IMG/VR virus record: IMGVR_UViG_3300036770_007539 | Location: 186,001-250,000 of that record | Length of the DNA stretch: 64,000 nt | Direction: 5' to 3' (one strand) | Part shown: positions 47,599-56,268 of the stretch, in pieces | Numbering within the stretch: the stretch's first letter is position 1 | Layout of the letters: each line of letters opens with the position of its first letter | Program-made: the position numbers and the translations under genes | Notes under the pieces: model-generated | Database searches by the model: none | Told to the model about the DNA's origin: nothing | The model's input: only the letters and a program-made list of their open reading frames with translations

Positions 47599-47637
47599 TA
47601 TCATGGAGGGTAGCGCTTTTCGCTACCCTCCATGATA
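47599..47637. promoter_or_regulatory. GC-rich 17-bp perfect hairpin without U-tract
   Basis: tatcatggagggtagcg-ctttt-cgctaccctccatgata. Confidence 0.7.
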
Positions 47638-47663
47638 TATATTATGATGAAGGAGAAAGAAAA

Positions 47664-47843
47664 ATGACATATGAATATTTATGCACTAGTTGCAACCATC
47701 AGTGGGAAGCAGAACAATCTATTAAAGATGATTCTTTAAAAACCTGTCCCAAATGCGAAAATGAAACGGCTAAAAGATTAATTTCTAAATCTAGTTTCGT
47801 TCTACAAGGTAGTGGCTGGGCAAAAGACAACTATTCAAAATGA
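47664..47843 (+). CDS. FmdB-family zinc-ribbon protein (59 aa, absent from ORF track)
   Basis: Hand translation MTYEYLCTSCNHQWEAEQSIKDDSLKTCPKCENETAKRLISKSSFVLQGSGWAKDNYSK; AAGGAG RBS; ATGA overlap with next gene. Confidence 0.9.
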   Translation: MTYEYLCTSCNHQWEAEQSIKDDSLKTCPKCENETAKRLISKSSFVLQGSGWAKDNYSK

Positions 47844-48487
47844 TAAATAATCGCCAGGCTTTAATTCGGCTTGAAAAATGGATATTGTCTCAAGTCCCAG
47901 CAAACTATAAGGCAGCATGGGTTAACATAGATGAAACATCTGACATTAAACTGGATTGCAAGTTAATAGATGCATATCAAAAAAATCAGTCTATTGCATT
48001 AAAGCAAATTTGTTTAAAAAACAATATTCCTTTTATAACTTATACTGCAAGCCCATCTTTATCAGATAAAGATAGACTAAGTGAGTATTCCAAATTTTTA
48101 ATTTGGAAATCAGAAAATTACAACACTATTCTTTTTAGCAAGTTGTTAAAAGAGCATTTGTATTTTGGTGAGTATAAAAAATATTCTCTTGATAATTTAG
48201 ATTATTATCCTTTTATTAATTTTACTCAATCACAAGTCGATAGCATCGTTGAATTATTGCTTTCTGGAACGGATGTTGTTAGCCATCCTGTTAACTCTAT
48301 GTTAGAATGGTTATACATGCAGGATGTGCAATTTAAAGTAATTTCATCAAGTGATAGCCCTACAAAGCATTCTAGATGGGGAACTTACAGTTTAGAGCAA
48401 AAGTCTGTAATAGCTAAATATTTCGCTCTAGCCAGGAGCCGAGAACATAAAATAAAAAATTTAAACACTTTTAATTTTAATGATTAA
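47840..48487 (+). CDS. Degenerate NAD synthetase (NadE)-like protein lacking the PP-loop
   Basis: GEYKKYSLDNLDYYPFINFTQSQV resembles GFFTKYGDG.AD..PL..L.K.Q; C-terminal REHK resembles EHKR; no SGGxDS. Confidence 0.5.
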   Translation: MINNRQALIRLEKWILSQVPANYKAAWVNIDETSDIKLDCKLIDAYQKNQSIALKQICLKNNIPFITYTASPSLSDKDRLSEYSKFLIWKSENYNTILFSKLLKEHLYFGEYKKYSLDNLDYYPFINFTQSQVDSIVELLLSGTDVVSHPVNSMLEWLYMQDVQFKVISSSDSPTKHSRWGTYSLEQKSVIAKYFALARSREHKIKNLNTFNFND

Positions 48488-49010
48488 TAAAAATTTAGTT
48501 TCTTTAAAAGCGTCTAATCCAAATAATTTCCCGCCTTTAAAGTTTTTAATAGAATCATTTGGGATGAAGTCTAGCATTTGGACTCAGTGGGAAAATAATT
48601 TCGGAGATCAAATTTTAATATTTGATGATGGTCAAAAATTAAATTATAAATTTAAATTTAAAGATTTAAATGACTTATTACAATTTTCTACTTTTGGTAC
48701 AATGCTAAGCGCCTCTTCTTCATTGATTGGCTTGAAAAAAGCCAACACTTTAAAAGTTTTCTTTTTAGGAAAAGATAACTTTATTAGATTTTTTTATTAT
48801 GATGGTAGCGACTGGAGCATGCGCCATTTGTTTTCTGAATCTACTTCATTAATTTTTAATATTATCAAAATGTTTTTAGGTCTAGATGATTCTATTTCAA
48901 AAAATTTACATTATGAAGATATAGTGATTTTAACTCATCCGTTTGATGATTTGACTGAATATAGAAAAAACAATAATTTTAATGAACTTTGGAAAGAATT
49001 AGAGGATTAA
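48480..49010 (+). CDS. Hypothetical protein
   Basis: ORF overlapping upstream gene, abutting downstream gene. Confidence 0.55.
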   Translation: MINKNLVSLKASNPNNFPPLKFLIESFGMKSSIWTQWENNFGDQILIFDDGQKLNYKFKFKDLNDLLQFSTFGTMLSASSSLIGLKKANTLKVFFLGKDNFIRFFYYDGSDWSMRHLFSESTSLIFNIIKMFLGLDDSISKNLHYEDIVILTHPFDDLTEYRKNNNFNELWKELED

Positions 49011-49496
49011 ATGTCGGGATTAAAAGGTTTACTAAGATATCGGTCAGGAGATGCAACTTTTCCTCATGGTGGTGGGCATAAAATTATTATGCACGTTTGT
49101 AATAATTTGGGCGGTTGGGGGGCGGGTTTTGTTTTAGCGCTTTCCAAGCGCTGGAAAACTCCAGAACAAGAATACAGAAAATGGTTTACCGGCAAGAATA
49201 ATTTTAAGCTAGGAGAAACTCAGTTTGTTTTTGTTCAAACTGACATAACCGTAGCTAACATGTTAGCTCAGCACGGCTTTCGATCCAATAATGATGAGCC
49301 CCCCGTGGTTGATGTTAAGGACTTGGAACTATGCCTGCAAAAAGTTTATCAGCATGCCTTTGAAAATGGTTCCACGGTTCATGCCCCCAGAATTGCATCA
49401 GGATTGGCAGGATTAAAATGGGAAGAAGTAGAACCACTAATTAAGAAGCATTTAATAGACAAGGGCGTTGACGTAATAATATATGATTTAAAATGA
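49011..49496 (+). CDS. Macrodomain ADP-ribose glycohydrolase (TARG1/DarG-like class)
   Basis: GDAT, HVCN..GGWGAGF, PRIASGLAGLKW. Confidence 0.88.
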   Translation: MSGLKGLLRYRSGDATFPHGGGHKIIMHVCNNLGGWGAGFVLALSKRWKTPEQEYRKWFTGKNNFKLGETQFVFVQTDITVANMLAQHGFRSNNDEPPVVDVKDLELCLQKVYQHAFENGSTVHAPRIASGLAGLKWEEVEPLIKKHLIDKGVDVIIYDLK

Positions 49497-49921
49497 ACTA
49501 CCTAGAACTAATTCAAATAATTAAAAAGCATCCAGTGGAGCCGGGTGAAATTCACCCGGCAGACGCTATCTTGAATCATATGGCGAAAAGTAGTAATGAT
49601 TATTTAGAATCTATCTACTTAATTTTTAACAGTTATCCAGAGCTTAGAGCGGATCTTTTTAAATTAATTTCTAGATTGGATAATAAATATTTAGATAATT
49701 TAGTTTTTTATAATTTGGCTAGAAGACATTTAAATGATTCTAATATTGAAGTTGTTGATGCTGCTATTGGAATGTTTGAATCTTTTTCTAATAAATCTTC
49801 TTTAAAAGAATGGTTAGATTGCAGCCCTAGTCAGCCCAAGTGGATTTTGGATTACGCTGTTCAAGTTTTAAATCAAGATTCTTCTTTGCATCTAATGGCT
49901 AACCATTCTACAAATTCATGA
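49493..49921 (+). CDS. Hypothetical helical (HEAT-like) protein
   Basis: HLNDSNIEVVDAAI motif; ATGA overlap. Confidence 0.5.
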   Translation: MNYLELIQIIKKHPVEPGEIHPADAILNHMAKSSNDYLESIYLIFNSYPELRADLFKLISRLDNKYLDNLVFYNLARRHLNDSNIEVVDAAIGMFESFSNKSSLKEWLDCSPSQPKWILDYAVQVLNQDSSLHLMANHSTNS

Positions 49922-50592
49922 TCAAAACCTGTTGGGTCTATTTTATTAGTAGTGATATTATAATGACCCAATAAACCTTTATATTTATCTACTTCAGGGA
50001 CAACTGCTTTAATGTATTTATTATCTTTGTCTTTAGGAAAGCTTAATTCTACGGCGGGACAAAAGTGATTTACTGCGAAGGCTATTCTGCCAGCTGCTTC
50101 TAATTGAGCTTTGGTTGGCTTAAACACCTTCATGTTCATATTGTGAATTTTTTCAGAAACAATCTCATGTTCTTGAACTTTATATTTTTTTCTATTAGCT
50201 TCGCTATATAGATTTTCGTCTTGCCAGGCTTGGGGCATATAGCAAATTTCTACGCCAGGACCGAGCTGATTCACTGGCTTTTGTGACCATCCAATGTCTT
50301 TAATCATTAGGCATTGATAAATGGTTGCACAGCCATCTTCGTTGATGTCATCATCTACAATGAAGTTAACACTCAGACCCCTAGCATTTAACCCCGTATA
50401 AGTTTGTTTTGCGTTATAAGTTACAGTATGATGCATGACGCATTGTTTTATTTCTTTTAAAGCCTTGTTACTGTCACGAGATTGATACTTTCCCGAACTG
50501 TAAAAGCTATAATTTGGAGACTCATTCCAAAGAACTACCTTGCATCCAACATCGACTTTGTTATTTTCATCAAAATAAATATATGAACTCAT
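49873..50592 (-). CDS. N-acetylmuramoyl-L-alanine amidase (Amidase_2, endolysin-like)
   Basis: VMHHT, SVNFIV, GVEI, GHY, KIDP. Confidence 0.85.
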   Translation of the reverse strand: MSSYIYFDENNKVDVGCKVVLWNESPNYSFYSSGKYQSRDSNKALKEIKQCVMHHTVTYNAKQTYTGLNARGLSVNFIVDDDINEDGCATIYQCLMIKDIGWSQKPVNQLGPGVEICYMPQAWQDENLYSEANRKKYKVQEHEIVSEKIHNMNMKVFKPTKAQLEAAGRIAFAVNHFCPAVELSFPKDKDNKYIKAVVPEVDKYKGLLGHYNITTNKIDPTGFDHEFVEWLAIRCKEES

Positions 50593-50597
50593 AAGAC

Positions 50598-51410
50598 CTA
50601 TTTCTTAGTAAGAAATTTAACAACTAAATAAATAAATTCTTTAATTAATTCAAATAATTTATTACTTGAGTTAATTTTTTCTATGGTGATATTAGAGACT
50701 TTTGATTGTCTTGTTTCTTTGGACTGTTCTGATGATGGTTCTGGTTCTGGGGTGGAAGGCAAAGTATTATGCGTTTCTTCCGTGGTGGTTTCTTTTTTAG
50801 GAATCGATTCTCTAACTGTTGGCGGTAAGCTATCTGGTAAGTCTTCAGATTCCTTTTCATAATTTTCGGGCACAAATGTCATAAACTCATTGCTTTTTTT
50901 ATCAAAAGACTTTGATAGTTTAATCATTAAATTAGTATAGTAATTTAAATCAGCTGTGAAGTATCCGCCTTCTTTTAATTTGGCGCAGTATTTAGGTATG
51001 CTGCCTTCTTTTAAGGCTTCTAATGCTGGCTGATACCTTTTCTTGTTTAGAAATTGTAAATAAGCCTTAGCGCCTTCTATTGGGCTGTCCCAGTGCTGGA
51101 AAAATGTTTGGGGGTGGTATGGTTCAAACCAATGAGTTTTACCATTTAAAATCTCATTGCATTTATATGACGTATATGTAACTCCTGGTTTTCTTTTAAT
51201 ATTCCCAAAATTATTGTTATAAATAAACTTTCCTCTACCTACCTCTAAAGAGGTATGACACCACAAAATACATAATTGTTCTTTTGTTATTTCTTGATTA
51301 TATAATTCTTTCCAAGCCTGCCTCAGATAAAAAGCTAGCTCATTTTCATTTAAAGATGTGATGACGGCATCTCTGAATAAAGGATCGTTGGGTCTGGTAG
51401 AATGGTCCAT
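50598..51410 (-). CDS. GH73/FlgJ-like peptidoglycan glucosaminidase with low-complexity C-terminal tail
   Basis: SLEVGRG, NNFGNIK, GYFTA..YY; Pro/Glu/Thr-rich linker. Confidence 0.72.
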   Translation of the reverse strand: MDHSTRPNDPLFRDAVITSLNENELAFYLRQAWKELYNQEITKEQLCILWCHTSLEVGRGKFIYNNNFGNIKRKPGVTYTSYKCNEILNGKTHWFEPYHPQTFFQHWDSPIEGAKAYLQFLNKKRYQPALEALKEGSIPKYCAKLKEGGYFTADLNYYTNLMIKLSKSFDKKSNEFMTFVPENYEKESEDLPDSLPPTVRESIPKKETTTEETHNTLPSTPEPEPSSEQSKETRQSKVSNITIEKINSSNKLFELIKEFIYLVVKFLTKK

Positions 51411-51424
51411 AAGGTCCTCATAAT

Positions 51425-51463
51425 AAAAAACTCCTGAAAAAAGTTTCCTTCTTTCAAGAGTTT
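51425..51463 (-). terminator. Intrinsic terminator with GAAA tetraloop
   Basis: Minus strand aaactcttgaaagaag-gaaa-cttttttcaggagtttttt; two G-U pairs form only on the minus strand. Confidence 0.8.
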
Positions 51464-51493
51464 GTTAGATAATTATATTTCAAATTATGCAAA

Positions 51494-52324
51494 CTAATTC
51501 ATTATTTTAATCCAAACATCTTTAAATTTGTTTAAATATTTTTCTTGCAGCAAAGAATTAAATCCTAATTCTGAGAATTTGACAGATAGTTTTTCTAAAT
51601 CAAAAACTCCTTCTTTAACTTTCCAGTCGTTTGAATCAGAGTCTTTAATTGTAACAAAATTAATCAGAATCATATTCCTTTGATAGATTGAAAGCTCTTC
51701 TTCATTTAGAAGATCTACGAAATTTTCTTTTATAACAGTTTTCTCTGCTTTCTTTTCGCCCATGATTCCGGGAATATTATCAGCTGTGTCTCCTTTGAGA
51801 GATTTAAATCTTACATAGTCGTAAGTTGGTGCTTCCATGAATTTTTTAGAAAAAGGATTGTAAATTTGAACGTTTAATTCTTTTTCTTGCAAGAGTTGCA
51901 GGTAGTCAGAATCATTGCTAATGACAATATTTTCATGTTCTTTATTTTTTCTAACTAAAGTATTAATAACATCATCGCATTCATATTTGGCATGGCTAAT
52001 TACTGTCATGGGTAAATGATCTAAAATCTCATAAATTTTATATTTATTTTCGCGGAATAAATCTCTAACTTCTTGTTGAGCCGCTGTTTTAACAATTCGA
52101 TTAGCCTTATAAGAAGCTAATAACTGATATCTGAATTCAGGATGACCCTCCAAAACAAAATAAACTTTGTCAGGACTGAATTGTTCCACTGTGGCTTTTA
52201 AATTTCTAATGAAATTAAAAGTCATAGCAAAGCTATCATCGGCATCTGATTTGCTTTTGCCAAATTTAATATTGGCACGCCACATGGCATTCATGCCATC
52301 AAAATATAAAATTTTCACATTCAC
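51494..52324 (-). CDS. 5'-3' exonuclease / flap endonuclease (T4 RNase H-like)
   Basis: FDG.N, YKANR, ECDDVI, SNDSDYLQL, GDTADNIPGI. Confidence 0.92.
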   Translation of the reverse strand: MNVKILYFDGMNAMWRANIKFGKSKSDADDSFAMTFNFIRNLKATVEQFSPDKVYFVLEGHPEFRYQLLASYKANRIVKTAAQQEVRDLFRENKYKIYEILDHLPMTVISHAKYECDDVINTLVRKNKEHENIVISNDSDYLQLLQEKELNVQIYNPFSKKFMEAPTYDYVRFKSLKGDTADNIPGIMGEKKAEKTVIKENFVDLLNEEELSIYQRNMILINFVTIKDSDSNDWKVKEGVFDLEKLSVKFSELGFNSLLQEKYLNKFKDVWIKIMN

Positions 52325-52325
52325 C

Positions 52326-53252
52326 TCAAAGAGTAATATTAAAATCTTTTACAGCTTTATGAATTGCAAGATTTTTCATTTTGAATTCAAATTCAATATC
52401 TAGCTTCTCTTCATTGTTTAATTTTCTTTGAAGCTCTGGAATGTAGTGAACATAATCAGAATGTTTTCTTCGATCTTTAAAGGATCCTTCTTTAAGCAAA
52501 GGATCTGTATTGCTTAAATGAGTTAATGCTTTTACTTGCCATGTCTTCATAGATTTCTCTAGCCCTTCATCAATGCTCATGCCTCCATCGTTAAAGACGT
52601 GATGGTGGCTATCGAAGCAAATAGGAACGCCTGTTTCTTCAAAACATTGATATAAGTCATTGACATTATAGCAAAGCTCGTCATTTTCTAACGTTAACCT
52701 GTTTTTAACATTTTCTGGTAGCTTTTTAATGCTATCAATTAAAGTTGTTAGCTGATCCCTTGTTCCGCCATGAATGTTAATTGCATAAAACGGACTCTGT
52801 TCTAGTTCCATAGAGTCAAAAATCCAGGCATGGTGTTCTAAAATTTTAATGCTTTTTCCAATAATGTCGTTTGTTTTAGACGAGATTACGCAAAATTGAT
52901 CAGGATGACAGGTAACTCGAACGTTTGATTCTTTGAGCTTTTTGCCAATCATCTTTAGTTTGTTATTAATCAAATTATTGTTAATTAACAAATGACTCAC
53001 CAAGTCATACAAAGGAAACAAATTAGAAGACAACCTAAAAACTTTGAATCCTTCTTTGATAACTTCATTTAAAGTCATAGAAAGATTATCCAAATTTGAC
53101 ATCCAAGTTTGGATTATTTGTTCTTCTGAGTATTTACCTTCATTGAATCTTCCAAATTGAAGATTTTTTTCTTCCATGGCATTGAAATATTCAATGATTC
53201 CATTTCTCTTCTCTTTTGATTTTAAATATTGACAGCACAAACCTATTGACAT
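52326..53252 (-). CDS. uvdE: UV damage endonuclease (UvdE/UvsE)
   Basis: FRLSSNLFP, HPDQF, NIHGG, LENDE, FDSHHH, RKHSD, EFKMK. Confidence 0.92.
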   Translation of the reverse strand: MSIGLCCQYLKSKEKRNGIIEYFNAMEEKNLQFGRFNEGKYSEEQIIQTWMSNLDNLSMTLNEVIKEGFKVFRLSSNLFPLYDLVSHLLINNNLINNKLKMIGKKLKESNVRVTCHPDQFCVISSKTNDIIGKSIKILEHHAWIFDSMELEQSPFYAINIHGGTRDQLTTLIDSIKKLPENVKNRLTLENDELCYNVNDLYQCFEETGVPICFDSHHHVFNDGGMSIDEGLEKSMKTWQVKALTHLSNTDPLLKEGSFKDRRKHSDYVHYIPELQRKLNNEEKLDIEFEFKMKNLAIHKAVKDFNITL

Positions 53253-53800
53253 TGTTCGCCGAACCCTTCCAAGTCTATGACTTTGATCTTTAAAGAAGCA
53301 TCACGCATGATGTTTGCGTACCATAAGTCAATGTGCTTATAAGTAAACTCAGATAAAAATTGCCAGAAGCTATTTATTCTTTGAGTTTTAGTTTTGTGTA
53401 TTTTAAATGGTTTTTCTTCTGTTATGAATCGATGATAGCGGTCGCAGTTATATTCTATTTCATTCATTTCATATTTTTTCAATGGTAATAATTTTTCTCC
53501 GACATACCAAAGAAATTTACCATCTAATATTTCGCCAAAATCATAAATATCCATGATATGTAAAGGCTTATTATTCTTTACATATTCACAAATTTCAAAA
53601 AAGTTATTTTTATTTACTCTTGGATCTAAATTAATTTTAATAATTTTGTCATCATCATATTCGTAGATAATTCCTTCTGATCCGTATCCAATTCTGGATT
53701 TAATTTTATTTTTATTTATTTTGCTGGGAAGTAATTGAAATATCTCTTCATCTTTCAATTCTTCGAATGTCAAATCATAAAATGCTTCTGTTATCCCCAT
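53243..53800 (-). CDS. Minimal protein kinase-like protein
   Basis: IGYGSEGIIY Gly loop, IIKI, HIDLWYAN (HxDxxxxN), VIDL. Confidence 0.75.
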   Translation of the reverse strand: MGITEAFYDLTFEELKDEEIFQLLPSKINKNKIKSRIGYGSEGIIYEYDDDKIIKINLDPRVNKNNFFEICEYVKNNKPLHIMDIYDFGEILDGKFLWYVGEKLLPLKKYEMNEIEYNCDRYHRFITEEKPFKIHKTKTQRINSFWQFLSEFTYKHIDLWYANIMRDASLKIKVIDLEGFGEQCQ

Positions 53801-54137
53801 AAATACACAATTTGTCCCAAGTTAAATTTACTACACGGTATGTGATGCCATGTGGACCAATTTTATTGTGCAACACATGTGCCATCCCTAGCTTAACAAA
53901 GATATTTACATCTGTCAAGCTTCTGTTAAAATTATCTTGATAAGAGCGAATTACTAAAATTCTTTTATTTAATTTCTTATTATCTTCAATGTATGAGGCG
54001 TAGCCATCAATGGAAGAATCAAAAGTATATCCATCAATGATTTCATCAATAAACAATTGCTTAACCAACATGTTTTTAACATTATCGGTTAAGTCATTAT
54101 TTACTACGATAATTGCTGATGGGTAAAGACCACCCAT
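53775..54137 (-). CDS. Hypothetical protein (two DGY motifs)
   Basis: IIDGYTF...IDGYASY; overlaps both neighbours. Confidence 0.6.
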   Translation of the reverse strand: MGGLYPSAIIVVNNDLTDNVKNMLVKQLFIDEIIDGYTFDSSIDGYASYIEDNKKLNKRILVIRSYQDNFNRSLTDVNIFVKLGMAHVLHNKIGPHGITYRVVNLTWDKLCIYGDNRSIL

Positions 54138-54907
54138 CAGCTCTCTTCCTCAAAGTCCTCATCTTCCTCTTCCTCTTCCTCTTCCTCTTCCTCTTCCTCT
54201 TCTAGCTTATTCATTAAATTAAGAAGATTAACTTCGTTTTCATCATCAGAACTGTCAGCTAACTTTTTAAAAGTCGAATCATGAATATTTAACATTTTTA
54301 AATTTGACTCTTGAAACTTTGCAGTTCTCAGCAAGGACAAATACAAATCATCAACTTCTTTATCAGAAACATAATTCATGTCGTCTGAAGAATTAACGTC
54401 TTGAGTGTCTTCAACGTCTCCGCCATCTTCATCGCTTGAATCGTCCATGCCTTGATTATATGAAGCATCATTAGCGTCATCTTCGATTTTATCATCTTCT
54501 TTTTCTTTATTTTCTTTTCTATGACGCCTTTTGGGAAGCATTTTAACTTCTCCCAAATCATCAACTGAGACATGTTGCTCAACTCCATCTACAATATAGC
54601 CAACATCGCCAGAATCATAAAATATAGCATCTGAAGCATTCGTTAAATCCATATGTTGGATTGTCTTATGGAACTTCATCATGTCTTTTCTAGCTGCATT
54701 TACTTGGCTTCTGGTTTTTTCTAAAGCAGCATTAATTTTGCTTGCTTGAGATTCCAAGTCATTTAAAGCCGCCTTGAGTCTACTGTAATTTTTTTTAGCT
54801 TTTTCTAAAGACGAAACTACTTTTTTTCTGCCAGTTTTTTCTTTAGCAGCTAATTTTTCAATAGCGGTAGCAAATTCTTCTGATGCTGAATGAATTTCTT
54901 TTATCAT
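54137..54907 (-). CDS. Coiled-coil protein with highly acidic C-terminal half
   Basis: N-terminal heptads; Asp/Glu-rich tail ending in a poly-Glu run encoded by GAAGAG repeats. Confidence 0.7.
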   Translation of the reverse strand: MIKEIHSASEEFATAIEKLAAKEKTGRKKVVSSLEKAKKNYSRLKAALNDLESQASKINAALEKTRSQVNAARKDMMKFHKTIQHMDLTNASDAIFYDSGDVGYIVDGVEQHVSVDDLGEVKMLPKRRHRKENKEKEDDKIEDDANDASYNQGMDDSSDEDGGDVEDTQDVNSSDDMNYVSDKEVDDLYLSLLRTAKFQESNLKMLNIHDSTFKKLADSSDDENEVNLLNLMNKLEEEEEEEEEEEEEDEDFEEES

Positions 54908-54928
54908 GTCATTATGTTTTATTATTGA

Positions 54929-55654
54929 TTAATAATGTAGGTTTTTCTTATTTGCCCAGTATACATTTGCTTTTAATAAATTGTCATAAGTTCCAGCGTC
55001 TTGCCAATATCCATTTAACATGGAGTGCTTTAATTGATTCTTATTTAGATACAAATTCAATACATCTGTAATTTCCAGCTGGTTTCTGTGAGAAGGAGAT
55101 ACTTCATTTATCAGAGAGGACAATTGCTCATCAAACAAATATAATCCGGTAACGGCAAATTGACTTCCTGGATTGCTTGGTTTTTCAATAATTTCTAATA
55201 TATTTCCATTTGAATCAAAAGATGGGCAGCCAAAATTCTCAGGATCGGGAACTTCTTTTAAGAAGATTTTAGCTCCCTGAGAGAAGTCATTTACATCTTG
55301 ATAAATACTTGCGTCGGTGGTGTTGTCTCCAAGAATTACCGCCACTTGGCTGTCTTTGATAAAACTATCAGCTGCCTTAATGGCATCAGCAATACCACCG
55401 TCAGCTTTATCTTGATAGAAAAAAGACAGACTATTCAATCCAAAATCTTTTCCATTATTTAAAACTCTAATAAAATTACCAGCAAAAGGACCTGATACTA
55501 CAATTCCAATATCTTTTACTCCTGCACTGACCAAAGTTTCTAGGGGATAGAAGATCATTGGCTTATCATAAATAGGTAAAAGATGCTTATTATTGGATTG
55601 GGTTAATAGTCCAAGTCTCGTACCTAGTCCACCAGCTACAATTAAACCTTTCAT
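54929..55654 (-). CDS. rmlA: Glucose-1-phosphate thymidylyltransferase (RmlA/SpsI-like)
   Basis: AGGLGTRL, NKHLLPIYDKPMI, LGDN, EKP, AVTGLY, LEITD, W.DAGT. Confidence 0.93.
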   Translation of the reverse strand: MKGLIVAGGLGTRLGLLTQSNNKHLLPIYDKPMIFYPLETLVSAGVKDIGIVVSGPFAGNFIRVLNNGKDFGLNSLSFFYQDKADGGIADAIKAADSFIKDSQVAVILGDNTTDASIYQDVNDFSQGAKIFLKEVPDPENFGCPSFDSNGNILEIIEKPSNPGSQFAVTGLYLFDEQLSSLINEVSPSHRNQLEITDVLNLYLNKNQLKHSMLNGYWQDAGTYDNLLKANVYWANKKNLHY

Positions 55655-55667
55655 ATTTTTCTCAATC

Positions 55668-55919
55668 TCAGTTTAGTTTCATCATTTCTTTATTAATGGA
55701 TTCGTTAATTACGACATCTTCAATCTCTGAATCAATTAAATATTCTTTATAATATTGATTGAAATTTAAATTTAAATATTCTACTTCTTCCGCTGATAAT
55801 TTTTTCATTCTGCTACTTAATAGTAATGATTCTGTTTTAATTAGAAAATCTGGATAGCCATTGTCTTTCATTAGTTTAAATCGGCACATGCTTCGAATAG
55901 TTAAATTTAAATTTTCCAT
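55668..55919 (-). CDS. Hypothetical protein
   Basis: ORF in tight minus-strand operon. Confidence 0.6.
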   Translation of the reverse strand: MENLNLTIRSMCRFKLMKDNGYPDFLIKTESLLLSSRMKKLSAEEVEYLNLNFNQYYKEYLIDSEIEDVVINESINKEMMKLN

Positions 55920-55920
55920 T

Positions 55921-56268
55921 TTATGATAAATCCTTTGGGTTTTTTGTTGAGGGCTCTAGCCATGATGATGATTTTAATAATTCATCATGACCAATTACTG
56001 TTTTTGCATTTTGCCAAAAGTCCTTGGATACTTCTAAAAAGTCTTCCAGCGACATCCCTAATTCAATAGCGCAGTTGGCTGATAATGACAATAACACATT
56101 AAATATTGATATCGTGCTGTCATAATTATATTTTTTTTCATAACTTGAACCAACTTTATCTATTACTTCTAAAAATTTCTCCGCAAGAAGTTGATTGAAT
56201 TCTTCATGAATTTTTTCTATTTCTTCTTCGGACATTTTTGTTTTTTTATAAGTTTTTTTCTTAGTCAA
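55921..56268 (-). CDS. Hypothetical protein
   Basis: ORF in tight minus-strand operon; AAGGA RBS. Confidence 0.6.
   Translation of the reverse strand: MTKKKTYKKTKMSEEEIEKIHEEFNQLLAEKFLEVIDKVGSSYEKKYNYDSTISIFNVLLSLSANCAIELGMSLEDFLEVSKDFWQNAKTVIGHDELLKSSSWLEPSTKNPKDLS

Noticed and set aside
54160-54203. (CTTCCT)n microsatellite as a regulatory repeat
   Set aside because: Explained by alternating GAA/GAG codons of the poly-Glu tail; unit changes would stay in frame
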